Source: Veillonellaceae bacterium (GTDB lineage: Bacteria; Bacillota; Negativicutes; Veillonellales; Negativicoccaceae). From it: DNA of 24,000 nt. The stretch spans positions 1-24,000 of the forward strand of contig JALELM010000014.1 of the NCBI GenBank assembly GCA_022771805.1, in the 5' to 3' direction. This document shows, piece by piece, positions 1 to 7,927 of the stretch. A program made the translations under genes and the position numbers. Every line of letters starts with the position of its first letter. The stretch's first letter is position 1. Under the pieces are notes generated by a model that made no database searches, was not told the DNA's origin, and saw only the letters and a list, made by a program, of their open reading frames with translations.

Positions 1-1344
1 ACCCGTTACGAAATGGCACAGATGGTAGCACGTGCGATGGCGCGCCAGGAAATGGTAGACGCACAGCAGCAGGCACAGATCAATCGCTTGGCGGATGAAT
101 TCGCAAACGAATTGAACAGCCTCGGCGTTCGTGTAACGAACCTGGAAAATCGTCTCGGCAACGTGAAACTGACGGGCGACGCTCGCGTTCGTTGGACCGA
201 TACGAGCAGTGACAACTTCGATATGCGTGTTCGCGTACAGGCAACTGCCAAAGTCGCGGAAAACACGAATGTCGTAGCTCGTCTGACCTCGGGCAACTTC
301 GGTTTCGACAGCGGCAACGATGCCGATCTGGCACTGGACAAAATGTATGTGGAACACAAAGCCGGTGACGGCCTGATGCTGACGGGCGGCCGCTACATGC
401 CGCGTTTCGGTGCTACGGGCTACTGGTATGATGATTCCTTTGACGGCGTGGAACTCGCTTACAGAGCAAGCGACTCGGTGAACGCATCCATCGGCTACGG
501 CTATGCCAAGAGCATGACTTTGCCGACGCAAGAGTTCAATAAGCTGACACAAGCCGTAGAGGATGCAAAAGAAGCGGACGCACTTGCAGGCCGAAATCTT
601 GACTTGACTGGAAAGAACTATAAGTTCGCTCAAGGAAAAACGGCAGAAGCTCAAGAAGCATTTGATCTTGACGGATCGCCTGAAAACCAAGCAGCTTTGG
701 ATAAAGCGAAAGCAATAGAAGCCAATGCTAAAACTGCATTTGACAATGCTCAGGCGCAGAAGAATTCTGTAGAGGCTTCCTTGGCCGATGCGAAGACTGA
801 ATTGGCAGACTACGAAAAGGCGAATAAAGACCTCGTCAACAGCCCGAAATCCGTTGAAATGACCTATGGTACGCTGGGCTACAAAGGCCACGGCTTCAAC
901 CTGGTCGGCACCTACATCGCTCCGAAGGGCTCGAAAGTAGTTTCGGCCGGTCTCGATGACATCTGGGGTGTCGGTCTCGTTGCTCCGTTGAGCAAGGACT
1001 TCGCTCTCTCCGGCGACTACTTCAATGTCGGCTGGAAGAACAATGACGATGCGACGTTCTGGGTAGCTCGCGTGGACTTCGGTATGGCGAACCTGAAGAA
1101 GGTCGGTTCCTTCAACCTCTTCGTTGACTATGTCGATGCGGATCCGAACTCCTACCTCGGCGGTACCGGTTCGCTCCGTACGGGTACTTACCTGAACAAC
1201 GTCAAATCCTGGGGCGTCGGTGCGGGTGTCGTCGTTGCGGAAAACGTGAAGTTGGAAGCACTGCGTACCTTCAACAGCGAAAAACAGGACGGCACGGATC
1301 TGAATGACGAATTGACGAAAGTACAAGTCGTTTACAAGTTCTAA
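1..1344 (+). CDS. ompM: SLH-domain outer-membrane porin, OmpM/Mep45-like (5' end cut by window edge)
   Basis: Frame 1 is open from nt 1. TRYEMAQMVARAM reads as the C-terminal end of an S-layer-homology domain. It is followed by a coiled-coil linker (QQQAQINRLADEFANELNSLGVRVTNLENRL), then alternating beta-strand-like segments ending in VQVVYKF, an aromatic C-terminus typical of OM beta-barrels. A strong terminator follows. ATG 13 in the ORF track is internal. Confidence 0.8.
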   Translation, partial: TRYEMAQMVARAMARQEMVDAQQQAQINRLADEFANELNSLGVRVTNLENRLGNVKLTGDARVRWTDTSSDNFDMRVRVQATAKVAENTNVVARLTSGNFGFDSGNDADLALDKMYVEHKAGDGLMLTGGRYMPRFGATGYWYDDSFDGVELAYRASDSVNASIGYGYAKSMTLPTQEFNKLTQAVEDAKEADALAGRNLDLTGKNYKFAQGKTAEAQEAFDLDGSPENQAALDKAKAIEANAKTAFDNAQAQKNSVEASLADAKTELADYEKANKDLVNSPKSVEMTYGTLGYKGHGFNLVGTYIAPKGSKVVSAGLDDIWGVGLVAPLSKDFALSGDYFNVGWKNNDDATFWVARVDFGMANLKKVGSFNLFVDYVDADPNSYLGGTGSLRTGTYLNNVKSWGVGAGVVVAENVKLEALRTFNSEKQDGTDLNDELTKVQVVYKF

Positions 1345-1356
1345 TGACGAACGGAA

Positions 1357-1390
1357 GAAAGGGCAAGCAATTGCCCTTTCTTTTTTTGTT
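1357..1390 (+). terminator. rho-independent terminator of ompM
   Basis: Perfect 10-bp stem GAAAGGGCAA / TTGCCCTTTC with GCAA loop, followed by TTTTTTTGTTTT, about a dozen nt after the TAA stop. Confidence 0.9.
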
Positions 1391-1530
1391 TTCCTTTTTC
1401 CGCGCGAACGTGACGAGCGGAAAAAGGAAACATCATGCACCGCCGCGGAACTCAGCCCTGCCGCGATTGGCAAGCAAAAGCAAAACCGAAAATGGAACGG
1501 CCTTTGTCGCTGAGGAACTGAATCGCTACG

Positions 1531-1884
1531 GAGACAGACAAGCGAAAGCATAAGGAAAACGAAACGCGAAAGCAAAAAGGGAAGGCAAAAGCAAAAAGGG
1601 AAGGCAAAAGCAAAAAGCAAAGCAAAACGGAAAACGAAAGGCAAAGTGAAAAGCAAACGGGAAAACGAAAACAGAAAGCAAAAGGCAAAGCGAAAAGTAA
1701 AAGCAAAGGTGAAAAGCAAAAACAAAAGTGAAAAGCAAAAGCAAAACGCAAGAACGAAAATAAAAAGCAAGGAGAAAGACGAAAGGCAAAGCGAAAGCAA
1801 GATAGAAACGAAAAAGAAAAAAGGGAAAAAGAAAAAAGGGAAATAAAAAAGGAAATAAAAAAGGAAATAAAAAAGAAAAGGAAC
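1531..1884. repeat. degenerate polypurine hexamer (GCAAAA-like) low-complexity tract with nested tandem duplications
   Basis: Hand count on the + strand gives 10 T and about 39 C in 354 nt; the rest is A/G, mostly A. Exact tandem copies: 19 bp x2 (1572-1590, 1591-1609), 15 bp x2 (1811-1825, 1826-1840), 12 bp x3 (1841-1876, last copy 1 mismatch). Confidence 0.9.
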
Positions 1885-1907
1885 GTGTATGTTCCTTTTC
1901 CTTTTTC
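1876..1907 (-). terminator. bidirectional rho-independent terminator (serves the minus-strand thioesterase gene)
   Basis: 9-bp stem AAAAGGAAC / GTTCCTTTT with GTGTAT loop. On the minus strand it is followed by CTTTTTTATTTCC, on the plus strand by CCTTTTTC. It lies about 80 nt downstream of the minus-strand stop at 1980. Confidence 0.7.
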
Positions 1908-1979
1908 ATGTACGGATGCAGTCGCACCGCGTGCGGCCATGGCTGTTCGTGCGCCCGCCTGCGGAGCAGCGCACCGCGC

Positions 1980-2372
1980 TCATTCTTCGGTGTTTTCCGC
2001 TGCGCGCGCCGCCGCTCCGGCGAGGAAGGCAGCGGTCGTGACGCGCACGCGCGTATGCTCGCCCTCGGCGACAACGCCCGCGCCGTCTGTGGCGGTGACA
2101 CGAAAATGATAGCGGCGGCCGTCCGTTTCCATGAGTTCCGCCGTGGCGGTGACAGTCTCACCGAGGGCGGTCGCGGCGAGGTGCCGGATGCGGATTTCCG
2201 TCCCGACGGTCGTTTCGCCGGGCGGTAATTGCGCGGCAAGCGCCGCAACGGCCGCGCCTTCCATGGCGGCGACGACGGCCGGTGTCGCGCAGACGGGGAC
2301 GGTGCCGCTGCCCATGGCGGCGGCGGTCATTTCGTCCGTGACAAGCAGTTCACAGGTAGCGATCGTAGGCAT
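1980..2372 (-). CDS. hotdog-fold thioesterase family protein (FlK/YbgC-like)
   Basis: 130 aa. The pattern TVGTEIRIRHLAATALGETVTATAELMETDGRRYHFRVTATDGAGVVAEGEHTRV matches the small hotdog thioesterase family (GxxxxxxHxxAT...GRR..F.V.A.D......G.H.R). AGGAGG lies 4 nt upstream of ATG 2372. The ORF-track start at 2390 is a TTG without RBS. Confidence 0.8.
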   Translation of the reverse strand: MPTIATCELLVTDEMTAAAMGSGTVPVCATPAVVAAMEGAAVAALAAQLPPGETTVGTEIRIRHLAATALGETVTATAELMETDGRRYHFRVTATDGAGVVAEGEHTRVRVTTAAFLAGAAARAAENTEE

Positions 2373-2403
2373 AGTTCCTCCTTTTTCCAAGTGGTGTTAC
2401 TTC

Positions 2404-2412
2404 ATTATAGCA
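2404..2412 (-). promoter_or_regulatory. extended -10 promoter element (TGcTATAAT on minus strand) for the thioesterase gene
   Basis: The reverse complement reads GTGCTATAATG, about 30 nt upstream of the start codon. No good -35 element. Confidence 0.4.
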
Positions 2413-2470
2413 CGCGGCGGTATGTTCCTCGCGGCAAGGGGGACCGGTTCCCGCTATTCGTGAGGGGTTG

Positions 2471-2479
2471 TGTTATAAT
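2471..2479 (+). promoter_or_regulatory. extended -10 promoter (TGtTATAAT) for thrC
   Basis: TGTTATAAT at 2471-2479, about 45 nt upstream of ATG 2525. It lies inside the 14-mer TGTGTTATAATACA, which recurs at 4787-4800. Confidence 0.55.
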
Positions 2480-2524
2480 ACATGGAGTAGGAAAATACAG
2501 GGGAGTTCAGGCGGAGGGATGTTC

Positions 2525-4027
2525 ATGAAATATGTAAGCACTCGCGGCGCGGCAGGGGTGACTGCGGCCGAGGCTCTGGTGTACGGGCTGGCGGCGGACG
2601 GGGGTCTGTACGTGCCGGAAAGCATGCCGCAGCAAGTGCCGGACTGGGCGACGATGTGCGACTTGACCTATCCGGAGCTCGCGGCGGAAGTATTGCGACT
2701 CTTTTTCCCGGAGTGGTCGCAGGAGCGTTGTCTGGAGATTTGCCGGCGGGCATACACGGGGACGTTTTGCGCGCAGGGGATCGTGCGCGTGCGGGAGGTC
2801 GGCGCGCAGCGGTATTTCACCGAGTTGTACTACGGGCGCACGCTGGCGTTCAAGGATCTCGCGCTGTCGGTGTTCCCGCATTTGTTGCAGGCGGCGAAGG
2901 AGGATCTCGGGATGACCGGGACGACGCTGATTCTGACGGCGACCAGCGGCGATACGGGCAAGGCGGCGCTGGAGGGGTTTCGCGATGTGCCGGGGACGGA
3001 GATTCTCGTGTTCTATCCCGAGCACGGCGTGAGTTCCATGCAGAGGGCGCAGATGCGGACGCAGCCGGGGGATAATGTGCATGTGTGCGGCATCGAGGGG
3101 AATTTTGACGATGCGCAGAGTTTTTTGAAGGATGTGTTCGAGTCGCCGGAGTTGCGCGCCTATGCGGCGGCGCAGGGGGTGCATTTTTCGAGTGCGAATT
3201 CGATCAATATCGGCCGCCTGCTCCCGCAGATCGTCTACTATATCCGCACGTATACGGAGTTGCTGAAGCACGGGGATCTGGCGCGGGGCGAGACATTTCA
3301 CGCGGCGGTCCCGACGGGGAATTTCGGCAATATTCTCGCGGGGTATTTCGCGAAGCGGCTCGGCGTGCCGATCGGGCGGCTGGTGTGCGCTTCGAATGCG
3401 AATCATGTGCTGGCGGATTTCTTCGCAACGGGGACGTATGACCGGCGGCGGGAGTTCGCCGCGACGTTGTCGCCCTCGATGGATATTTTGATTTCGTCGA
3501 ATTTCGAGCGGTTCTTGTACTATGTATTGGGCGAGGACGCGGCGAAAACGGCGGAGTATATGCGCCGGCTGAAAGAGGACAGCGTGTTCACGCTTTGCGA
3601 AGAGGAGCGCGCGGGGATCACGGATTTCCTGGGCGGCTGGCAGGATGATGCCGCCACGCTTACGACGATGCGGGAGATGTACGGCCGCTACGGGTACTTG
3701 CCAGATCCGCATACGGCGGTCGCGATCGGCGTGGTGCGGGAGTTGCAGGAGGCGGCGAAGTTGCCGGAAGGGCCGGTCGTCATCATGGCGACGGCGAACC
3801 CGTACAAGTTCCCGGATGCGTTGGCGGAAGCGTTGGAGTTGCCGCGCAAGGATAATCCGTACGAGATGATGTGGGAGGTCGCCAACACGACGAATCTGCC
3901 GATCCCGACGAGTTTCCTGCAAATGGAACACGAGCCGGTACGCTTTGACGAGGTGGTGGCGAAAGAGGACATGGAGCGGGTAGTGCGCCGCTGCATTGAC
4001 GGAGTCAAAGAAAAAAGGAATGGCTAA
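2525..4027 (+). CDS. thrC: threonine synthase (long form)
   Basis: N-terminus MKYVSTRG, ADGGLYVPE, PLP-lysine context TLAFKDLAL, TATSGDTGKAA. GGAGGG lies 6 nt upstream of ATG 2525. The ORF-track start 2468 is an upstream TTG. Confidence 0.93.
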   Translation: MKYVSTRGAAGVTAAEALVYGLAADGGLYVPESMPQQVPDWATMCDLTYPELAAEVLRLFFPEWSQERCLEICRRAYTGTFCAQGIVRVREVGAQRYFTELYYGRTLAFKDLALSVFPHLLQAAKEDLGMTGTTLILTATSGDTGKAALEGFRDVPGTEILVFYPEHGVSSMQRAQMRTQPGDNVHVCGIEGNFDDAQSFLKDVFESPELRAYAAAQGVHFSSANSINIGRLLPQIVYYIRTYTELLKHGDLARGETFHAAVPTGNFGNILAGYFAKRLGVPIGRLVCASNANHVLADFFATGTYDRRREFAATLSPSMDILISSNFERFLYYVLGEDAAKTAEYMRRLKEDSVFTLCEEERAGITDFLGGWQDDAATLTTMREMYGRYGYLPDPHTAVAIGVVRELQEAAKLPEGPVVIMATANPYKFPDALAEALELPRKDNPYEMMWEVANTTNLPIPTSFLQMEHEPVRFDEVVAKEDMERVVRRCIDGVKEKRNG

Positions 4028-4739
4028 ACGGCAATGGAGCGAGCGGGAGCAACGGCTGATCCAATGGGGATTGGTGGGGCTGTTGCTGCTGCTCATCGGC
4101 GGGATTCATCTGCTGGATCCGACATTTTACGCCACGGTCTGGCGGCTGTCGCAGACGGGCGATTTCCAAGGGACGATGGAGTATTTGCGCTCCTTCGGCG
4201 TGTGGGGGATCCTGGTCAGTTTTCTGATCGATGTGATCATCAACATCGTCGGCTTTTTGCCGTCCATATTTCTCTCCACGGCGAACGGGCTCGTTTTCGG
4301 GATTGTGCCGGGGATCATTATTTCCTGGCTGGGCGAGACGGTCGGCGTGCTGATTTCCTTTTGGCTGATGCGGACGCTGTTTCGCGATATGGCCAAGCGC
4401 GTCATCGAAAAGAACCGGATGCTGACGAAGTTGGACTCGTACAGCACGCTGGGAACGATGGCGCTGGCGCGGGCGCTGCCGTACTCGCCGAACGGTTTGG
4501 TCACGGCGTTGGGGGCGCTCTCGCATATTTCGTATCGGGATTACATCATCGGCTGTCTGATCGGCAAGCTGCCCTCGGTGGCGATCGAGGTCATTGTCGG
4601 GCATGATATCGTGCATGCGGGTGAGCACCGGCTGCGGCTGACGATTGTCGTCACGTTGGTGGCGGTGATTTACGGCGGTATCTGGTGGTGGCACCGGCGG
4701 CAGGGAGAAGCGACACAAACGGAAGAGGAACACAAGTAG
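4020..4739 (+). CDS. TVP38/TMEM64 (DedA-related, SNARE-associated) family membrane protein
   Basis: Multiple hydrophobic helices. The core FLPSIFLSTANGLVFGIVPGIIISWLGETVGVLISFWLMR is typical of the YdjX/TVP38 family. ATG 4020 overlaps the thrC stop by 8 nt, suggesting coupling. TTG 3996 is an alternative start. Start uncertain. Confidence 0.8.
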   Translation: MAKRQWSEREQRLIQWGLVGLLLLLIGGIHLLDPTFYATVWRLSQTGDFQGTMEYLRSFGVWGILVSFLIDVIINIVGFLPSIFLSTANGLVFGIVPGIIISWLGETVGVLISFWLMRTLFRDMAKRVIEKNRMLTKLDSYSTLGTMALARALPYSPNGLVTALGALSHISYRDYIIGCLIGKLPSVAIEVIVGHDIVHAGEHRLRLTIVVTLVAVIYGGIWWWHRRQGEATQTEEEHK

Positions 4740-4766
4740 AAGACCGCGCGGGCGGTCTTTTATCTT
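4740..4766 (+). terminator. rho-independent terminator
   Basis: AAGACCGC / GCGGTCTT stem with GCGGG loop, followed by TTATCTT, immediately after the TAG stop at 4737-4739. Confidence 0.8.
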
Positions 4767-4788
4767 GCCCGGGGGCGGGGCAGCGCTG

Positions 4789-4797
4789 TGTTATAAT
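4789..4797 (+). promoter_or_regulatory. extended -10 promoter (TGtTATAAT) for the HAD-rapZ-yvcK-whiA operon
   Basis: TGTTATAAT at 4789-4797, just downstream of the terminator and 22 nt upstream of the start codon region. Same 14-mer as upstream of thrC. Confidence 0.55.
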
Positions 4798-4818
4798 ACA
4801 AGTGTAAGGAGGGATAAC

Positions 4819-5658
4819 GTGCGGGAACCGATACGAATGCTGGCCATTGATATGGACGGCACCTTATTACGTGACGACAATACGATTTCCGCTCATACGC
4901 ACCGCGTGTTGGAGCGGGCGCGGGAGCGGGGCGTGCATGTGGTGGTGGCGACGGGGCGGATGTTTTCCTCGGCGAAGCAGCTGGCGGCGGAGTTGGGGCT
5001 CGGCAATGTGCCGATTATTACGTACTCGGGCGGGCTGATTGCGACCGCCGAGACGGAGGAGATCCTGTACCACAAGCCGCTCGCGGCGGATTTGGCGCGG
5101 GAGGTGTTGGCGGCGGCGCGCGAGACGGGCGTGTTCACGCAGATGTATATCGGGGATACGCTGTACGTGCCGGAGCGCAATTCCTTCGTGCGGGATTACG
5201 AGGCGCATTGCCGCGTGCGGGCGCAGGATGCCGGCGAGGAGTTTTGGCGTATGGCCGCCGCGCCGACGAAGATTCTCCTGGTGGAAGGGGATCTCGCGGC
5301 AATGGAGCGGGTCGCCGCGCGGATGCATTCGCTGTTTGAGGGGCGGGTGAATTTCGTGCAGTCGACGCCGTATTTCTTTGAGATGGTGGCGGCGGATGTG
5401 AGCAAGGGGATCGCGGTCGAGCAGCTGGGCTTGCGCTACGGTGTGCCGCTGGCGCAGGTGATGGCGTTCGGCAATGCCCAGAACGATGCGGGGATGTTGC
5501 AGGCGGTCGGTTGGCCGGTCGCGGTGGGGAATGCCATCGAGCCGCTCAAGCGGTTGGCACGGCTCATCGCACCGACGAATAACGAGGACGGTGTCGCCAA
5601 GACGGTAGAGAAATATGTCTTGGCGGAAAATACAGCGGAGGTGGCGCATGGCGAATGA
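4819..5658 (+). CDS. Cof-type HAD-IIB family hydrolase (sugar-phosphate phosphatase-like)
   Basis: HAD motifs IDMDGTLL (DxDGT), VVATGR and FGNAQNDAGM. AGGAGG (4807-4812) lies 6 nt upstream of GTG 4819. ATG 4837 is an alternative start. Confidence 0.88.
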   Translation: MREPIRMLAIDMDGTLLRDDNTISAHTHRVLERARERGVHVVVATGRMFSSAKQLAAELGLGNVPIITYSGGLIATAETEEILYHKPLAADLAREVLAAARETGVFTQMYIGDTLYVPERNSFVRDYEAHCRVRAQDAGEEFWRMAAAPTKILLVEGDLAAMERVAARMHSLFEGRVNFVQSTPYFFEMVAADVSKGIAVEQLGLRYGVPLAQVMAFGNAQNDAGMLQAVGWPVAVGNAIEPLKRLARLIAPTNNEDGVAKTVEKYVLAENTAEVAHGE

Positions 5659-6550
5659 TTTTCGCTTGCTGATCGTGACGGGCATGTCCGGCGCGGGCAA
5701 GTCCGGCGTATTGCAGAATTTGGAGGATCTCGGCTATTTTTGCGTGGATAATCTGCCGCCGGTGCTGATTCCCAAGTTTGCGGAATTGTGCCGCGGCGGC
5801 GGGCCGCGCGTACAGCAGGTGGCATTGGTCGTCGATATTCGCGGCGGGGAGTTTTTCGAGGCGCTGACGGAAGCGCTGGCGGAGCTTGCCGCCGAGGATT
5901 ATGCTTTCGATATCGCCTTTCTCGAAGCGTCCGATGACGTGCTGATCCGTCGGTACAAGGAAACGCGCCGCGCGCATCCCCTGGCGCCGCAGGAACGGAT
6001 TTTGCAGGGGATTCGCCGCGAGCGGGAGATTCTCGCCGGGATCAAGGCGCGGGCGCAGCTCGTCATCGACACGAGCGACTGGACGCCGCAAGCGTTGCGG
6101 AGTTGGGTGCGCAGCCGTTTCGCCTCGGTGCAGAAGGGCGAGGAATTTGTCGTGTCGGTGGTCTCGTTCGGGTTCAAGCACGGGATGCCGCCGGATTTGG
6201 ATATTATGTGGGATGTGCGTTTCCTGCCGAATCCGTACTACATCGAGGAGTATCGGCATTGTACGGGGCGGGTGGCGGAGGTCAGCGAGTATATCGGCAA
6301 ATGGGACGTGACGAAGGAGTTCATGACGAAGCTGTATGACTTGCTGGATTTTCTGGTGCCGCATTATGAGGAAGAAGGCAAGCAGCAGTTGGTGATCGGT
6401 GTCGGCTGTACGGGCGGTATGCACCGCTCCGTGTGGGTGGCGGAGCAGCTGGCGGCGCATTTTCGCAAGGGGGGTCTGCAGGTGCATGTCGAGCATCGGG
6501 ATCTGGCGAAAAATGATGTGCGGAAGGATTGCGAACCGGAGGGAGTGTAG
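5648..6550 (+). CDS. rapZ: RNase adapter / nucleotide-binding protein RapZ (YvcJ)
   Basis: LLIVTGMSGAGKS Walker A, then LEDLGYFCVDNLPP, and the C-terminal GCTGGMHRSV motif. GGAGGTG RBS. ATG 5648 overlaps the stop of the HAD gene. Confidence 0.93.
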   Translation: MANDFRLLIVTGMSGAGKSGVLQNLEDLGYFCVDNLPPVLIPKFAELCRGGGPRVQQVALVVDIRGGEFFEALTEALAELAAEDYAFDIAFLEASDDVLIRRYKETRRAHPLAPQERILQGIRREREILAGIKARAQLVIDTSDWTPQALRSWVRSRFASVQKGEEFVVSVVSFGFKHGMPPDLDIMWDVRFLPNPYYIEEYRHCTGRVAEVSEYIGKWDVTKEFMTKLYDLLDFLVPHYEEEGKQQLVIGVGCTGGMHRSVWVAEQLAAHFRKGGLQVHVEHRDLAKNDVRKDCEPEGV

Positions 6551-6553
6551 GCG

Positions 6554-7894
6554 ATGTGGCAAACGGTATGGCGTTGGCTGTATCCGGGCTTGCGCCTGAA
6601 ACGTTGGATATTTACTTTTTCCATCGGGCTGTTGCTGGTCATTTTCGGGCTGACGACCATTTTGAATTACCAGATTTTCGGGGTACTGGAAGAATTGTTT
6701 TTCCGCCTGTTGTATGAGGTGACGGGGCGGTATAATTATACGTTGCTGGTCGGTGTCGGCATGATTTTCATGCTGGCGGGTCTCGTGCTGATGGGCTATG
6801 CGTTTCGCCGGCTGGTGCAGCAGATCCTGGCGAGTATCGCACCGGAAGGATCGGGACGGGTCAGTCAGATCATCTGGGAGCGGGTGCGGCGTGACCGCGG
6901 GCCCCGGGTCGTCGCGATCGGCGGCGGAACCGGGCTGTCGGCGTTGCTGCGCGGGCTGAAGACGAAAACTTCGCATCTGACGGCGATCGTGACGGTCGCC
7001 GACGACGGCGGTTCCAGCGGCAGGCTGCGCGAGGAAATGGATATTATCGCGCCGGGGGATCTGCGGAACTGTTTGGTCGCGATGGCGGATAAGGAAACGC
7101 AGATGGAGTATATTTTCCAGCACCGTTTCGGCGGCACGGGCGAACTGGCGGGGCATTCGCTGGGGAATTTGTTTCTGGCGGCGCTGATCGAGGAATACGG
7201 AGATCCCGTCCGGGCGTTGGAAGCGGCGAGCGAGATCCTCAATGTGCGCGGGCAGGTTGTGCCGGCGAGTATGGAGCCGCTGCGGCTGCAGGCGACGATG
7301 ACGGACGGCCGCATCGTCGAGGGTGAGTCGCAGATCCCGCGCGAGGGCGGGCGGATTGCGCGCCTGCAGATCGTGCCGGATACGCCGGTGGCAGTACCGG
7401 CGGCGATTCGGGCGATCGAGGAGGCGGACTGTATCGTGTTCGGCCCGGGCAGCCTGTACACGAGTATTCTGCCGAATTTGCTCGTGCCGGAGATCAGTGC
7501 GGCGATTCGGCGCAGTTCGGCGATGAAGGTGTATGTCTGCAACGCGATGACGCAGCCGGGCGAGACGGACGGCTACACGGTCGCCGATCACGTGCAGGCA
7601 CTGATCAATCATGCGGGGCCGGGGATCGCGGACTATGTGCTGGTCAATGACGGGCTGCCGACGGAGGAAGTGCGGGAGCGTTATGCCCAGCAGGGCTCGG
7701 TGCCGGTGGCGTTCGACGAGGCGGAACTCGAGGCGCTCGGCGTGAAAGCGGTGCGCTCGTCGCTCTTGCGCGAAGGGCAGACCGTGGCGCATGATCCGGA
7801 TCGGGTGGCGGATGTGCTGATGCGGATGTACCATGCGGTGAAGTCGGAGTTGCAGTCGCAGCTGCTGGACTATTATTTTGAACGGAATTTGTGA
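6554..7894 (+). CDS. yvcK: YvcK-family (CofD-like, UPF0052) gluconeogenesis/cell-shape factor with N-terminal membrane extension
   Basis: VVAIGGGTGLSALLRGLK and TAIVTVADDGGSSGRLR are hallmark YvcK motifs. About 115 N-terminal residues carry two hydrophobic segments (WIFTFSIGLLLVIFGLTTIL; LLVGVGMIFMLAGLVLMGYAF). GGAGGGAG RBS upstream of ATG 6554. Confidence 0.92.
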   Translation: MWQTVWRWLYPGLRLKRWIFTFSIGLLLVIFGLTTILNYQIFGVLEELFFRLLYEVTGRYNYTLLVGVGMIFMLAGLVLMGYAFRRLVQQILASIAPEGSGRVSQIIWERVRRDRGPRVVAIGGGTGLSALLRGLKTKTSHLTAIVTVADDGGSSGRLREEMDIIAPGDLRNCLVAMADKETQMEYIFQHRFGGTGELAGHSLGNLFLAALIEEYGDPVRALEAASEILNVRGQVVPASMEPLRLQATMTDGRIVEGESQIPREGGRIARLQIVPDTPVAVPAAIRAIEEADCIVFGPGSLYTSILPNLLVPEISAAIRRSSAMKVYVCNAMTQPGETDGYTVADHVQALINHAGPGIADYVLVNDGLPTEEVRERYAQQGSVPVAFDEAELEALGVKAVRSSLLREGQTVAHDPDRVADVLMRMYHAVKSELQSQLLDYYFERNL

Positions 7895-7927
7895 CGGACA
7901 CGGATTCGTGACGGGAAAGGAGCGGGC

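Noticed and set aside
1468-1482. Sigma-54-like TGGCA-N-GCA string upstream of the polypurine tract
   Set aside because: The GG-to-GC spacing is off by one from the -24/-12 consensus, the -12 element lacks the TTGC context, and there is no supporting enhancer-binding gene nearby.
1344-1553. 69-aa ORF starting at the ompM stop, and a 28-codon ATG ORF at about 1435-1521
   Set aside because: The first runs straight through the ompM terminator hairpin. The second is short and basic, with only a weak AAAGGAAA RBS. Nothing about either is conserved-looking.
1646-1846. 66-aa extremely Lys-rich ORF (GTG start) inside the polypurine tract, plus Phe/Leu-rich minus-strand ORFs 1452-1940 and 1526-2248
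   Set aside because: Their amino-acid composition is dictated by the A/G-only repeat. Every position looks RBS-like, so there is no discriminating start signal. All frames are similarly open. They are treated as compositional artefacts unless expression data say otherwise.
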